Below the pieces are notes generated by a model that searched no databases, was not told the origin of the DNA, and was given only the letters and a program-made list of their open reading frames with translations. DNA of 64,000 nucleotides from Reclinomonas americana ATCC 50394 (lineage: Eukaryota). Made by a program: the position numbers and the translations under genes. The stretch spans positions 620,001 to 684,000 of the forward strand of contig PS015009.1 in assembly GCA_048213135.1 (NCBI GenBank), read 5' to 3'. Shown one piece after another: positions 1 to 11,318 of the stretch; positions within the stretch are counted from its first letter, which is position 1, and each line of letters starts with the position of its first letter.

Positions 1-2751
1 GAGAGAAAACTGCTGCAGGTAAGCATTATTCCCAACGTGGAAACGCAGTTCGACGACAGCGAAAAAGTAAGCCTTATTGATTTTCTGCCCGATAATACCG
101 CGGTATGGATGGAAGACTGGACTTTTATCCGCGAAAAAATTGAACAGCAGGAAGAAGACCTTTCTATTTTCCTGGAGATGGTGGCCGAGCCCGCTACACG
201 AACACCTGCCACAGAAGAAGAGACCGGCATTTACGAAAAGACCGACACTTCTGCTGATGATTTTGTTCCTGCTTCAGAATGGGAAAACCGCTTGCCGGCA
301 AAGCACCTTATTGAGTTTGGTGACAAACCCTCCTTCCCGGGCGGAACCATTACTACTGTTAATTTTCATACACAGGAACAACCGGCATTCAACCGCCAGT
401 TCGACCTGCTCATCAAGAACCTGAAGGAGTATGAAAGCAAAAAGTTCAACATCTACCTTTTTGCTGAAAATCCCAAACAGCTCGAAAGGCTGCACGTGAT
501 CTTCACCGATCTTAAAGCTGAGATCAGTGTTATTCCCGTTGCCGTCTCCATTCATGAAGGATTTATTGACGAAGACCTGAAGTCGGTTTGCTATACCGAT
601 CACCAGATATTCCAGCGTTATCATAAATACAAAGTGAAGCAGGCCTTCAGCAAGAACAAGGCACTCACGTTAAAAACACTCCGCGAGCTGCAGCCCGGCG
701 ACTATGTGACCCATATCGATCATGGCGTAGGCGTGTACAGCGGCTTACAAAAGATTGAGGCCAATGGCAAAATGCAGGAAGCCGTTCGCATACAGTATAA
801 AGACGGCGACCTGCTGTACGTTAACATTTCTTCGCTGCATAAGATCAGCAAGTACAGCGGCAAGGAAGGCAGCATACCTAAAATGAACAAACTGGGCAGC
901 GACGTATGGAGCCGCCTGAAAGAGAAAACGAAGAAACAGGTTAAGGATATCGCTACCGATCTCATCCGCCTGTATGCGCAAAGAAAAAGCCAGCTGGGTT
1001 ATGCCCACAGTCCGGATAATTATTTGCAGACAGAGCTGGAAGCCTCTTTCATTTACGAAGACACACCTGACCAGGCCAAGGCCACGGATGATGTGAAACG
1101 TGATATGGAGAAACCTTCTCCCATGGACAGGCTGGTGTGCGGTGACGTGGGTTTTGGTAAAACGGAGATTGCGGTGAGAGCGGCTTTCAAAAGCTGCTGC
1201 GATGGCAAACAGGCTGCCATACTGGTGCCCACCACCATTTTGGCCTACCAGCACTACAAAACATTCAGCGAAAGGCTGAAGGATTTTCCCGTAACCGTAG
1301 ACTTCATCAACCGTTTCAAATCCACCAAAGAAAGAAAAGAAACACTGAAGAAACTGGAAGAAGGCAAGATCGACATTATTGTGGGTACACACGCCCTGCT
1401 GGGTAATGCCATCAAGTTCAAAGACCTGGGCGTAATGATCATTGATGAAGAGCAAAAATTCGGTGTGGCCGCCAAGGAAAAACTGAAACAGATACGCACT
1501 ACGGTTGATTCGCTAACACTAACGGCAACGCCTATACCAAGAACATTACAGTTCAGTCTCATGGGCGCACGCGACCTGAGCATCATCAATACCCCGCCGC
1601 CCAACCGGCAGCCCATACAAACGGAAGTGATGGTATTTAATGAAGATGCCATCCGCGATATGATCTATTATGAAACCGAAAGGGGCGGACAGGTATTCTT
1701 CATCCACAACAGGGTGAACGGCCTGGCGGAAATGAAGGGGTTGATACAGGGGCTTTGTCCCGACATCAGCATCGCCTATGCCCATGGCCAGATGGATGGC
1801 GACCAGCTGGAAGACACTATCCTCGATTTCATGGATAAAAAGTACGATGTGCTGGTGTGTACCAATATCGTGGAGAGCGGTGTTGACATTCCCAATGTGA
1901 ATACCATCATCGTACACAACGCCCACCAGTTTGGGCTGAGCGATTTGCACCAGTTACGCGGACGTGTGGGCCGCAGCAATAAAAAAGCTTTCTGTTACCT
2001 GCTGGCACCGCCTATGAGTACACTTCCGCCCGACAGCCGTAAAAGGCTGAGCACACTGGAGCAGTACAGCGACCTGGGCAGTGGTTTCCAGATTGCCATG
2101 CGTGACCTGGATATACGCGGCGCCGGTAACCTGCTGGGTGGCGAACAAAGCGGGTTTATCGCTGAAATAGGTTTTGAGATGTACCAGAAAATTCTGGATG
2201 AAGCCATCCGGGAACTGAAACGCAAGGAATTCCGCGACCTGTTCAAAGAAGAGATACAACAACAGGATGATTTTGTAAAAGACTGCAGCATCGATACCGA
2301 CCTGGAGATACTGATACCCGACAGTTACGTAGAGAGTATATCTGAAAGGCTGAGCCTGTACAGCCGCCTCGATAACTGCGAAACCGAAGCCGACCTGCAG
2401 GCTTTCCATGATGAGCTGAGCGACCGTTTTGGCCCCATACCGGCACCGGTGGAAGACCTGTTTACCACGGTGCGCTGCCGCAAAATAGCCGTGGAACTGG
2501 GTTTTGAGAAAATGTTCCTTAAAAATGAAGTGCTGAAATGTTTCTTCGTGAGTAACCCCGACTCTCCTTACTTCCAGAGCGCCATGTTCAACGGCATACT
2601 CCACTACCTGCAAACCGGCACCAATAAAGGAAAGCTGAAACAGGTAGGCAAGAATGGTATACTGGTGGTGGATGACATCCGCAGCATGACCGACCTCCAC
2701 AACTTCATCAGCCGCATGCTTAAAAGCATCAACGCTTCGCAAACGGCATAA
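1..2751 (+). CDS. mfd: Transcription-repair coupling factor Mfd (5' end outside window)
   Basis: Frame open from base 1. CarD-like/RID region (GDYVTHIDHGVG), SF2 helicase motifs GDVGFGKT, DEEQKFG, TATPIPRT, QLRGRVGRS, and a TRCF C-terminal domain. Confidence 0.97.
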   Translation, partial: ERKLLQVSIIPNVETQFDDSEKVSLIDFLPDNTAVWMEDWTFIREKIEQQEEDLSIFLEMVAEPATRTPATEEETGIYEKTDTSADDFVPASEWENRLPAKHLIEFGDKPSFPGGTITTVNFHTQEQPAFNRQFDLLIKNLKEYESKKFNIYLFAENPKQLERLHVIFTDLKAEISVIPVAVSIHEGFIDEDLKSVCYTDHQIFQRYHKYKVKQAFSKNKALTLKTLRELQPGDYVTHIDHGVGVYSGLQKIEANGKMQEAVRIQYKDGDLLYVNISSLHKISKYSGKEGSIPKMNKLGSDVWSRLKEKTKKQVKDIATDLIRLYAQRKSQLGYAHSPDNYLQTELEASFIYEDTPDQAKATDDVKRDMEKPSPMDRLVCGDVGFGKTEIAVRAAFKSCCDGKQAAILVPTTILAYQHYKTFSERLKDFPVTVDFINRFKSTKERKETLKKLEEGKIDIIVGTHALLGNAIKFKDLGVMIIDEEQKFGVAAKEKLKQIRTTVDSLTLTATPIPRTLQFSLMGARDLSIINTPPPNRQPIQTEVMVFNEDAIRDMIYYETERGGQVFFIHNRVNGLAEMKGLIQGLCPDISIAYAHGQMDGDQLEDTILDFMDKKYDVLVCTNIVESGVDIPNVNTIIVHNAHQFGLSDLHQLRGRVGRSNKKAFCYLLAPPMSTLPPDSRKRLSTLEQYSDLGSGFQIAMRDLDIRGAGNLLGGEQSGFIAEIGFEMYQKILDEAIRELKRKEFRDLFKEEIQQQDDFVKDCSIDTDLEILIPDSYVESISERLSLYSRLDNCETEADLQAFHDELSDRFGPIPAPVEDLFTTVRCRKIAVELGFEKMFLKNEVLKCFFVSNPDSPYFQSAMFNGILHYLQTGTNKGKLKQVGKNGILVVDDIRSMTDLHNFISRMLKSINASQTA

Positions 2752-2777
2752 AAAAACCGCCCGTTGTTCACGGACGG
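2751..2777 (-). terminator. Intrinsic terminator between convergent mfd and DUF5679-like gene
   Basis: Stem CCGCCCGT/ACGGACGG, with an A-run on the left giving a U-tract on the minus strand. Confidence 0.55.
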
Positions 2778-2799
2778 CAATCTATTCGCGGTATAGTAA

Positions 2800-3000
2800 T
2801 TACCAGGACTTTTTGGCCACGCCATTCTTCACAGCTTCCAGCGCGTTAGACTCGCTGAGCATAGTAGTCATTTTATTGCCTTTACCGTCGTGGCCCTGTG
2901 CCATATACCCTCCACGGGCTGTTTTTGTGATCACCGCATCCTGCATGGGAACATTCTTCTCTTTCGTTTTCATGCAATAGGCTGTTAACATTTTAGACAT
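2800..3000 (-). CDS. Small DUF5679-like protein
   Basis: MSKMLTAYCMKTKEKNVPMQDAVITKTARGGYMAQG resembles the AYCxKC...M......T..G...A.G pattern of DUF5679. ATG at 3000 chosen. Confidence 0.65.
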   Translation of the reverse strand: MSKMLTAYCMKTKEKNVPMQDAVITKTARGGYMAQGHDGKGNKMTTMLSESNALEAVKNGVAKKSW

Positions 3001-3112
3001 TGTAATCAAAATTTATGGTTAGTAAATATGGGTTAACTGAAACAGATTCAGGATACAAGCTACTAAAAATATCGGGTTTTCCAAAAATAGCAGATAATTA
3101 ATTGATTATCAA

Positions 3113-3152
3113 AAACAAACGAAGCAGAAATGAGTGATATTTCTGCTTCGTT
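3113..3152 (-). terminator. gyrB intrinsic terminator
   Basis: 14-bp perfect stem AACGAAGCAGAAAT/ATTTCTGCTTCGTT just downstream of the gyrB stop, followed by a U-rich tract on the minus strand. Confidence 0.7.
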
Positions 3153-3175
3153 CCTGTATTCTTCCCGTATAAAAT

Positions 3176-5254
<2,079 letters not shown>

Positions 5255-5255
5255 T

Positions 5256-5360
5256 TAGATGCAGGATGCCGGATGCGAGATACCGGATACGGGATGCGGG
5301 ATAGTGGATGTTCTATCTGCCATTTATCATTCACCATTCGTAATTAGTAATTCGTAATTA
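5256..5360. repeat. Degenerate heptamer tandem repeats (nRGATRn x8, then nATTnnn x5)
   Basis: TAGATGC AGGATGC CGGATGC GAGATAC CGGATAC GGGATGC GGGATAG TGGATGT, then CATTTAT CATTCAC CATTCGT AATTAGT AATTCGT. Confidence 0.8.
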
Positions 5361-5369
5361 ATAATCCCC

Positions 5370-5377
5370 TATCTTTG
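5370..5377 (+). promoter_or_regulatory. -7 box (TATCTTTG) for AraC gene
   Basis: TAnnTTTG 15 nt upstream of ATG 5393. Confidence 0.55.
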
Positions 5378-5392
5378 CATCGAAATTTTTCA

Positions 5393-6328
5393 ATGTATCA
5401 GGTGCCGGACATATTAAGTATTGCGTATAAGCAGCCGCTGATGCAGCATGAGCTGGAAACCCTGCAGCAAATTGACCGCACGGTTCCCGGATCAGTGCAC
5501 TATACCATCAAACGCTACCAGAAACAGCCCCAGTGGAGCATCGAGGACACCGGTATGCTGGTATACCACTACGAGAAGAACAATCCTGAAGAACATTACC
5601 TGGAACTGCGTTTCTGCGTAAGCGGCAATGTATACTGCCGGGAGAAGAAAGCGGAGTGCGATTTCTGTAAACTGAACGCTTCCAAAACCTGCGTGGAAAA
5701 GGTAGACAGCGTGGATGTGATCAGTTTCAGCTTCAAGCCCTCCTACCTCAGCCAGTTTGTAAAAGGAAAGAAACAACGGAACATTTCAGACGAAGTGCTC
5801 GCTTTCACGCACCCCACTTCATTCTCGAAAATGCTCCCGCTTTGCGGCAAAACCCGCATGGCGATAGAGGCGTTGCTCAATCATACCTATACCGATACCC
5901 TGCAAAATATCTTCATCAACGCCCAAACGCAGATCCTGCTGTTGTACAGCATGGATTGTATGCTCGGCGAAAAAGAAGAAGTATTTACCTGTAAGTTCCT
6001 GGCCAACGAGGCCGACAGGGAAAAGATCATTAAAGCAAGGGAAGTATTGCTCCAGCACATCGGCGAACCCATTACCATTAAGGCACTCAGCCGTAAAGTG
6101 GCCATCAATGAGTGTTACCTGAAAAAAGGGTTCAAAGAGATTTTCGGTACTACCATCTTCGATTTTTACCAAAGCCAGCGTATGGAACACGCGAAGTACC
6201 TGTTGTACGACAAGGGCCTGAGCGTAACCGAGGTGTCCATGCTGCTCGGCTACTCTTCCATTTCCCACTTCAGTACCGCTTTCAAAAAGCACACGGGTAT
6301 TAAGCCCTGTGAACTCTTACTACATTAG
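5393..6328 (+). CDS. AraC-family transcriptional regulator with Cys-rich insert
   Basis: C-terminal double HTH (TIKALSRKVAINECYLKKGFKEIFG ... VTEVSMLLGYSSISHFSTAFKKHTGIKP). Confidence 0.92.
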   Translation: MYQVPDILSIAYKQPLMQHELETLQQIDRTVPGSVHYTIKRYQKQPQWSIEDTGMLVYHYEKNNPEEHYLELRFCVSGNVYCREKKAECDFCKLNASKTCVEKVDSVDVISFSFKPSYLSQFVKGKKQRNISDEVLAFTHPTSFSKMLPLCGKTRMAIEALLNHTYTDTLQNIFINAQTQILLLYSMDCMLGEKEEVFTCKFLANEADREKIIKAREVLLQHIGEPITIKALSRKVAINECYLKKGFKEIFGTTIFDFYQSQRMEHAKYLLYDKGLSVTEVSMLLGYSSISHFSTAFKKHTGIKPCELLLH

Positions 6329-6438
6329 TAGTTAGTCCCGAGTCATTAGTCGTTAGAAGAACATACAACCAGGTTGTTGTATACCCTATCTTTTGTGAAT
6401 TTCCTCTGCTCAAGACTATAGACTAAATACTATAGACT

Positions 6439-6470
6439 AAAAAGGGCTTCCCCGCAGGAGAAGCCCTTTT
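6439..6470. terminator. Bidirectional intrinsic terminator
   Basis: AAAAAGGGCTTC-CCCGCAGGA-GAAGCCCTTTT, with an A-tract before and a T-tract after. Confidence 0.8.
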
Positions 6471-6621
6471 GTGCAAATGTTTCGCAGATCTTTTTTAGTG
6501 GTCGTCTAAAAGATGATTTGACTGATATTGGTTTTCTTTGGTTTCATAGAATAGTGACTACAGTCAACAAATGCACAGGATCATGAATTTTAAAACGGAA
6601 CATCCTGAAAAAGGGAAATTT

Positions 6622-6771
6622 TAAAGTAAGACGGGAGCAAGACTACTCCCGTCTTTTACCCTAATAAAACCCTAAACCAGCAAAACAATTAAGAACTTTA
6701 TATATTAAAAGAGGTCCTTTTTATCCGTATTTGAATCAAAAATAACCTGCGCCAATCTCATCAATTCGCTG
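6622..6771 (-). ncRNA. Candidate sigma54-dependent small RNA
   Basis: Lies downstream of a -24/-12 motif, has no ORF in the supplied track, and carries a U/G-rich tract followed by a strong hairpin AAGACGGGAG/CTCCCGTCTT (6628-6655). Boundaries are inferred. Confidence 0.35.
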
Positions 6772-6780
6772 CAATTATAT

Positions 6781-6798
6781 TTGCCAATACTATGCCAA
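6781..6798 (-). promoter_or_regulatory. Sigma54 (-24/-12) promoter-like motif
   Basis: Minus strand reads TTGGCATAGTATTGGCAA: GG and GC separated by exactly 10 nt. Confidence 0.5.
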
Positions 6799-6963
6799 AA
6801 CACAAATATGTGGATAACTACGGAAGAATCAGCGGGGCTGGGTTATTTTCCTTCAGCCATGCGTTTTATACCGGGTAAGACTACTTTTCAGTATGGGTAA
6901 AAACCCTGTAGGATTAGCCCGCGGCCCTGCCAAAACTCCTTTCCCGGAACCCTGCTATTTTAC

Positions 6964-6971
6964 TAACTTTG
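6964..6971 (+). promoter_or_regulatory. -7 box (TAACTTTG) for ileS
   Basis: TAnnTTTG about 37 nt upstream of the ATG. Confidence 0.65.
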
Positions 6972-7008
6972 CACACTTATTTTAAAACACCCGGACAGGA
7001 AAAGTTAT

Positions 7009-10000
7009 ATGTCAGCCAGATACACCGAATACGGACAACTCAACCTCCCCTCCATCAGCCAGGAAATACTGGCCAAATGGGAGCAGGAACAGGCATTTGA
7101 AAAGAGCGTAAGCCTCCGCGAAGGCCAGCCCCCCTTTGTATTTTATGAAGGTCCGCCCAGCGCCAACGGCCTTCCCGGTATTCATCACGTGATTTCCCGT
7201 ACCCTCAAGGACCTGGTATGCCGTTACAAGACCATGCAGGGCTTCCAGGTAAAACGCAAGGGCGGGTGGGACACTCATGGACTACCAGTGGAACTGGGCG
7301 TGGAAAAATTACTCGGAATTACCAAGGAAGACATCGGTAAAAAGATATCGGTGGAGGAATACAACGCCACCTGCCGCCGCGAAGTACTCAAGTACAAGGA
7401 CAAATGGGACGACATTACCCGTAAAATGGGCTACTGGGTAGACCTGAACGACCCTTACATCACCTTTAAGAATGAATACGTGGAAACGCTGTGGTGGTGC
7501 ATGAGTGAACTGTATAAAAAAGGCTACCTGTACGAGAGTGTGAGCATACAGCCTTACTCCCCCGCTGCCGGTACGGGCCTGTCATCGCATGAACTGAACC
7601 AGCCGGGTACTTATAAAGATGTGAAGGATACCAGTGCGACGGTGATGTTTAAGGTGATCAAAAATTCAAAATTCAAAATTCAAAATATTGAAGACGATGT
7701 CTATTTGATGGCATGGACAACCACGCCATGGACACTGCCTTCCAACCTGGGATTGACTGTTGGGCCGAATATCGATTATGCGCTGGTAAAAACTTTCAAC
7801 CCCTATACGCACCTGCCCAACAACGTGATCATCGCCAAAGCCCTGCTGGGTAAATATTTCAAGCCGGAGGGCGAGAATGGCGATTTTGATGCGTACAAGG
7901 AAGGTGACAAAATCATCCCCTGGAAGGTATTGTCTGAGTTCAAAGGCAAAGACCTGGAAGGCGCAGCATATGAACAGCTCCTTCCTTTCGAAGCCAATAC
8001 ACTGGAAAAAATACAGGAGATCACACCGGGCGCACAACCCTTCCGTGTGATCACCGGCGACTTTGTTACTACCGAAGACGGTACCGGCATTGTACACACC
8101 GCACCCGCTTTTGGTGCTGATGACTTCAGGATCGGGCAAAAAAACAACCTCGGTATCCTGACCCTGGTGGACCGCGAAGGCAAATTCATTGACGGCGTTG
8201 GCGAGTTCAGCGGTCGCTATGTAAAAGATTATAAGGATGAACCGAACTATGCCGACGTGAACGTAGACATCAGCGTAAAACTCAAAAAAGAGAACCGGGC
8301 ATTTAAGGTGGAAAAATATGAACACAGCTACCCCCATTGCTGGCGTACCGACAAACCCGTAATCTACTACCCGCTCGACGCCTGGTTTATTAAGACCACC
8401 GCTGCAAAAGAAAGGATGGTGGAACTGAACAAGACCATCAACTGGAAACCCGCCGCCACCGGCACAGGCCGCTTTGGCAACTGGCTGGAAAATATGGTGG
8501 ACTGGAACCTGAGCCGCAGCCGCTACTGGGGTACACCTTTGCCTATATGGCGCACCGAAGACGGGGCGGAAGAAAAATGCATCGGCAGTATCGACGAACT
8601 CAACAGCGAGATCAAAAAAGCAGCCGAAACCCTCGGCGGCGAAACCAATAAACATTACTTACACGAAGGCATACTCGATCTGCATAAACCTTATGTAGAC
8701 GACATCACCCTGGTATCCGCCAGTGGCCAACCCATGAAACGGGTACCCGACCTGGTGGATGTTTGGTTCGACAGCGGCGCTATGCCTTATGCCCAGTGGC
8801 ACTTCCCTTTCGAAAACCAGGAAACCTTCAGACAAAACTTCCCGGCCGATTTTATCGCCGAAGGCGTTGACCAGACACGCGGCTGGTTTTATACCCTCCA
8901 CGTACTGGGGGTACTGCTGTTCGACAGCGTAGCCTATAAAACCGTAGTGAGCAATGGCCTGGTGCTGGACAAGGACGGCAATAAAATGAGTAAACGCCTC
9001 GGCAACGTGGTGAATCCTTTTGAGACCATCGACCAGTTTGGCGCCGATGCCACCCGCTGGTATCTCATCACCAACGCGTCGCCCTGGGATAACCTTAAAT
9101 TCGATATCGACGGTATTAAAGAAGTGCAGCGCAAGTTCTTCGGAACCCTGTACAATACGTACCAGTTCTTTGCCCTGTATGCCAACGTGGATGGTTTTGC
9201 CTTCAACGAAGCTTACATCCCGGTAAAAGACAGGCCCGAAATTGACCAGTGGATCTTATCCTCGCTCAACACGCTTATTCAAAATGTGGAGCAAAGCTTC
9301 AACGATTACGAACCCACGCAAGCGGGCCGTTTTATAGAAGATTTTGTGGATGAGCACCTTAGCAACTGGTATGTTCGCCTATGCCGCCGCCGTTTCTGGA
9401 AAGGCGAATATGAACATGACAAGATCTGCGCTTACCAGACGCTTTATGAATGCCTGGAAACCATCAGCCGCCTGATGGCCCCGGTGGCGCCTTTCTTTGC
9501 CGACTGGCTGTTCAATAACCTCAATAAAGTGTCGGGCCGTTTCGACGCCGCCTCGGTACACCACATACTGTTTCCTAAAGCCGAACCCGCGGCTATAGAC
9601 ACCGAACTGGAAAAAAGGATGCAGCTGGCACAGGATGCCTCGTCGCTGATCTTATCGGTACGCAAAAAAGTGAACATCAAGGTAAGGCAGCCCCTGCAGA
9701 AAGTGTTCATCCCGGCCCTCGACAGCGCCATGGCTGAACGCATCAAACAGGTGGAAGAGATCATTAAAGCCGAGACCAATATTAAGGAAGTAGACCTCCT
9801 GGGGGCCGAAAACGACTTCATCCGTAAAAAAGCCAAGGCCAATTTCAAGACCCTGGGTAAGAAACTGGGTCCAAAAATGAAATGGGCGGCTGACCAAATT
9901 GCAGGTTTTGACAATTCTGCCATCCAGAAGGTACAGGAAGGCGATTTTGTGCTGAACCCCGAAGCCGTGGCACAGGGTGAAGAGCCCATTGTGATCACCA

Positions 10001-10359
10001 CCGAGGACCTGGAGATCTTCACCGATCACATTCCGGGCTATGAAGTAGCTAATAAAGGATTGTTAACTGTAGCTTTAGACATTACAATTACTGACGATTT
10101 GAAAAAAGAAGGTGACGCCAGGGAGTTCATCAACCGGGTACAGAACATCCGGAAAGACAAGGGATTGGCCCTTACCGACCGTATTGATGTTTCGATAAGC
10201 GAAAATGCAGGCCTGCAACCCTCGTTAAATGAATATAAAGCATATATTTGCGCCGAAATTCTGGCAGATTCGCTTGCATTTTTACCGGTTTTGAACGACG
10301 GCACCGAAATTGAAGTGAATGATGTCATATTAAAAGTCAACGTACTTAAAAAGGTATAA
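7009..10359 (+). CDS. ileS: Isoleucine--tRNA ligase (type 2)
   Basis: EGPPSANGLPGIHH (HIGH-like), GWDTHGLP, WTTTPWTLP, EGVDQTRGWF, KMSKR. Confidence 0.97.
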   Translation: MSARYTEYGQLNLPSISQEILAKWEQEQAFEKSVSLREGQPPFVFYEGPPSANGLPGIHHVISRTLKDLVCRYKTMQGFQVKRKGGWDTHGLPVELGVEKLLGITKEDIGKKISVEEYNATCRREVLKYKDKWDDITRKMGYWVDLNDPYITFKNEYVETLWWCMSELYKKGYLYESVSIQPYSPAAGTGLSSHELNQPGTYKDVKDTSATVMFKVIKNSKFKIQNIEDDVYLMAWTTTPWTLPSNLGLTVGPNIDYALVKTFNPYTHLPNNVIIAKALLGKYFKPEGENGDFDAYKEGDKIIPWKVLSEFKGKDLEGAAYEQLLPFEANTLEKIQEITPGAQPFRVITGDFVTTEDGTGIVHTAPAFGADDFRIGQKNNLGILTLVDREGKFIDGVGEFSGRYVKDYKDEPNYADVNVDISVKLKKENRAFKVEKYEHSYPHCWRTDKPVIYYPLDAWFIKTTAAKERMVELNKTINWKPAATGTGRFGNWLENMVDWNLSRSRYWGTPLPIWRTEDGAEEKCIGSIDELNSEIKKAAETLGGETNKHYLHEGILDLHKPYVDDITLVSASGQPMKRVPDLVDVWFDSGAMPYAQWHFPFENQETFRQNFPADFIAEGVDQTRGWFYTLHVLGVLLFDSVAYKTVVSNGLVLDKDGNKMSKRLGNVVNPFETIDQFGADATRWYLITNASPWDNLKFDIDGIKEVQRKFFGTLYNTYQFFALYANVDGFAFNEAYIPVKDRPEIDQWILSSLNTLIQNVEQSFNDYEPTQAGRFIEDFVDEHLSNWYVRLCRRRFWKGEYEHDKICAYQTLYECLETISRLMAPVAPFFADWLFNNLNKVSGRFDAASVHHILFPKAEPAAIDTELEKRMQLAQDASSLILSVRKKVNIKVRQPLQKVFIPALDSAMAERIKQVEEIIKAETNIKEVDLLGAENDFIRKKAKANFKTLGKKLGPKMKWAADQIAGFDNSAIQKVQEGDFVLNPEAVAQGEEPIVITTEDLEIFTDHIPGYEVANKGLLTVALDITITDDLKKEGDAREFINRVQNIRKDKGLALTDRIDVSISENAGLQPSLNEYKAYICAEILADSLAFLPVLNDGTEIEVNDVILKVNVLKKV
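7661..7686 (+). repeat. Perfect AAAATTC x3.7 tandem repeat inside ileS
   Basis: AAAATTC AAAATTC AAAATTC AAAAT, encoding KNSKFKIQN. Confidence 0.85.
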
Positions 10360-10363
10360 GCAG

Positions 10364-11227
10364 ATGGCAACTAAAAAGAAAGCAGCCAAGCCGGCTCCTA
10401 AAAAAGCGGCAAAACCAGCCAAACCAGCCCCTAAAAAGGCAGTTCCGGCCAAAAAAGCAGCCAAACCAGCCCCTAAAAAGGCGGTTCCGGCTAAAAAACC
10501 TGTTGCTAAGCCAGCCCCTAAGAAGGCGGCCCCGGCCAAAAAACCTGCGGCTAAACCAGCTCCTAAAAAAGCGGTTCCGGCTAAAAAACCTGTTCCAGTA
10601 GTTAAAAAACCAGCTCCCAAACCAGTGGCCCCTGTAAAAAAAGTAGAAGTTAAAGCTGCCCCGGCCAAACCGGCAGTAGCAGAAAAGAAAGCGATGCCCG
10701 CTAAACCGTCTGAACCGGTAAAGGCAAAAGACATCAAGATCACCCCGGCCAAACCGGTTGTTCTGCCAAAGATCACCACTAAAACGGCCCGTAAATACCA
10801 GCCCGATTTCACCAAATCGGTGCTTGACCAGCCTGTTGCCGATATGGGCGCCCCTATTGTGCGCTACAGCGACGCGGAACTGAACGAATTCAGGGAACTG
10901 ATCCAGCGCAAACTGGAATCCGCTAAAAAAGAACTGGCTTACCTGCAGGGTCTCATCACCCGCAAGGATGAAATGGGCGGCGATAACGATGATGCCCGTT
11001 ATATGACCATGGAAGACGGCAGCATGAGCATGGAAAGGGAACAACTGAGCCAGATGGCCAGCAGGCAGATCACTTTCATCGATCACCTGGAAAAAGCCCT
11101 GATGCGCATCGAAAACAAAACTTACGGTATCTGCCGTGTAACCGGCCGATTGATCGACAAGGCCCGTTTGCGTGCCGTACCACATGCCACCCTGAGCATC
11201 GAAGCTAAAATGGGAGCGGTTAAATAA
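10364..11227 (+). CDS. dksA: TraR/DksA-family protein with N-terminal histone-H1-like Pro/Ala/Lys repeats
   Basis: C-terminal ALMRIENKTYGICRVTGRLIDKARLRAVPHATLS is DksA-like. About 120 aa of AKPAPKKA repeats at the N-terminus. Lies directly downstream of ileS. Confidence 0.85.
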   Translation: MATKKKAAKPAPKKAAKPAKPAPKKAVPAKKAAKPAPKKAVPAKKPVAKPAPKKAAPAKKPAAKPAPKKAVPAKKPVPVVKKPAPKPVAPVKKVEVKAAPAKPAVAEKKAMPAKPSEPVKAKDIKITPAKPVVLPKITTKTARKYQPDFTKSVLDQPVADMGAPIVRYSDAELNEFRELIQRKLESAKKELAYLQGLITRKDEMGGDNDDARYMTMEDGSMSMEREQLSQMASRQITFIDHLEKALMRIENKTYGICRVTGRLIDKARLRAVPHATLSIEAKMGAVK

Positions 11228-11246
11228 ATCAGTAACAACACATTAT

Positions 11247-11282
11247 AATGGAGAATTGTGAAAACAGTTCTCCATTTTTTTT
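11247..11282 (+). terminator. Terminator after ileS-dksA
   Basis: AATGGAGAATTGT/ACAGTTCTCCATT stem followed by a T-run. Confidence 0.8.
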
Positions 11283-11318
11283 GCCATTCCGGCGAAGAAC
11301 CTTTCCTTATTCCTTTGC

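Noticed and set aside
6506-6547. 13-codon minus-strand ORF MKPKKTNISQIIF
   Set aside because: Too short to support without conservation or translation data.
10330-11185. Hydrophobic repeat ORFs antisense to dksA
   Set aside because: They are the mirror image of the Pro/Ala/Lys repeat codons.
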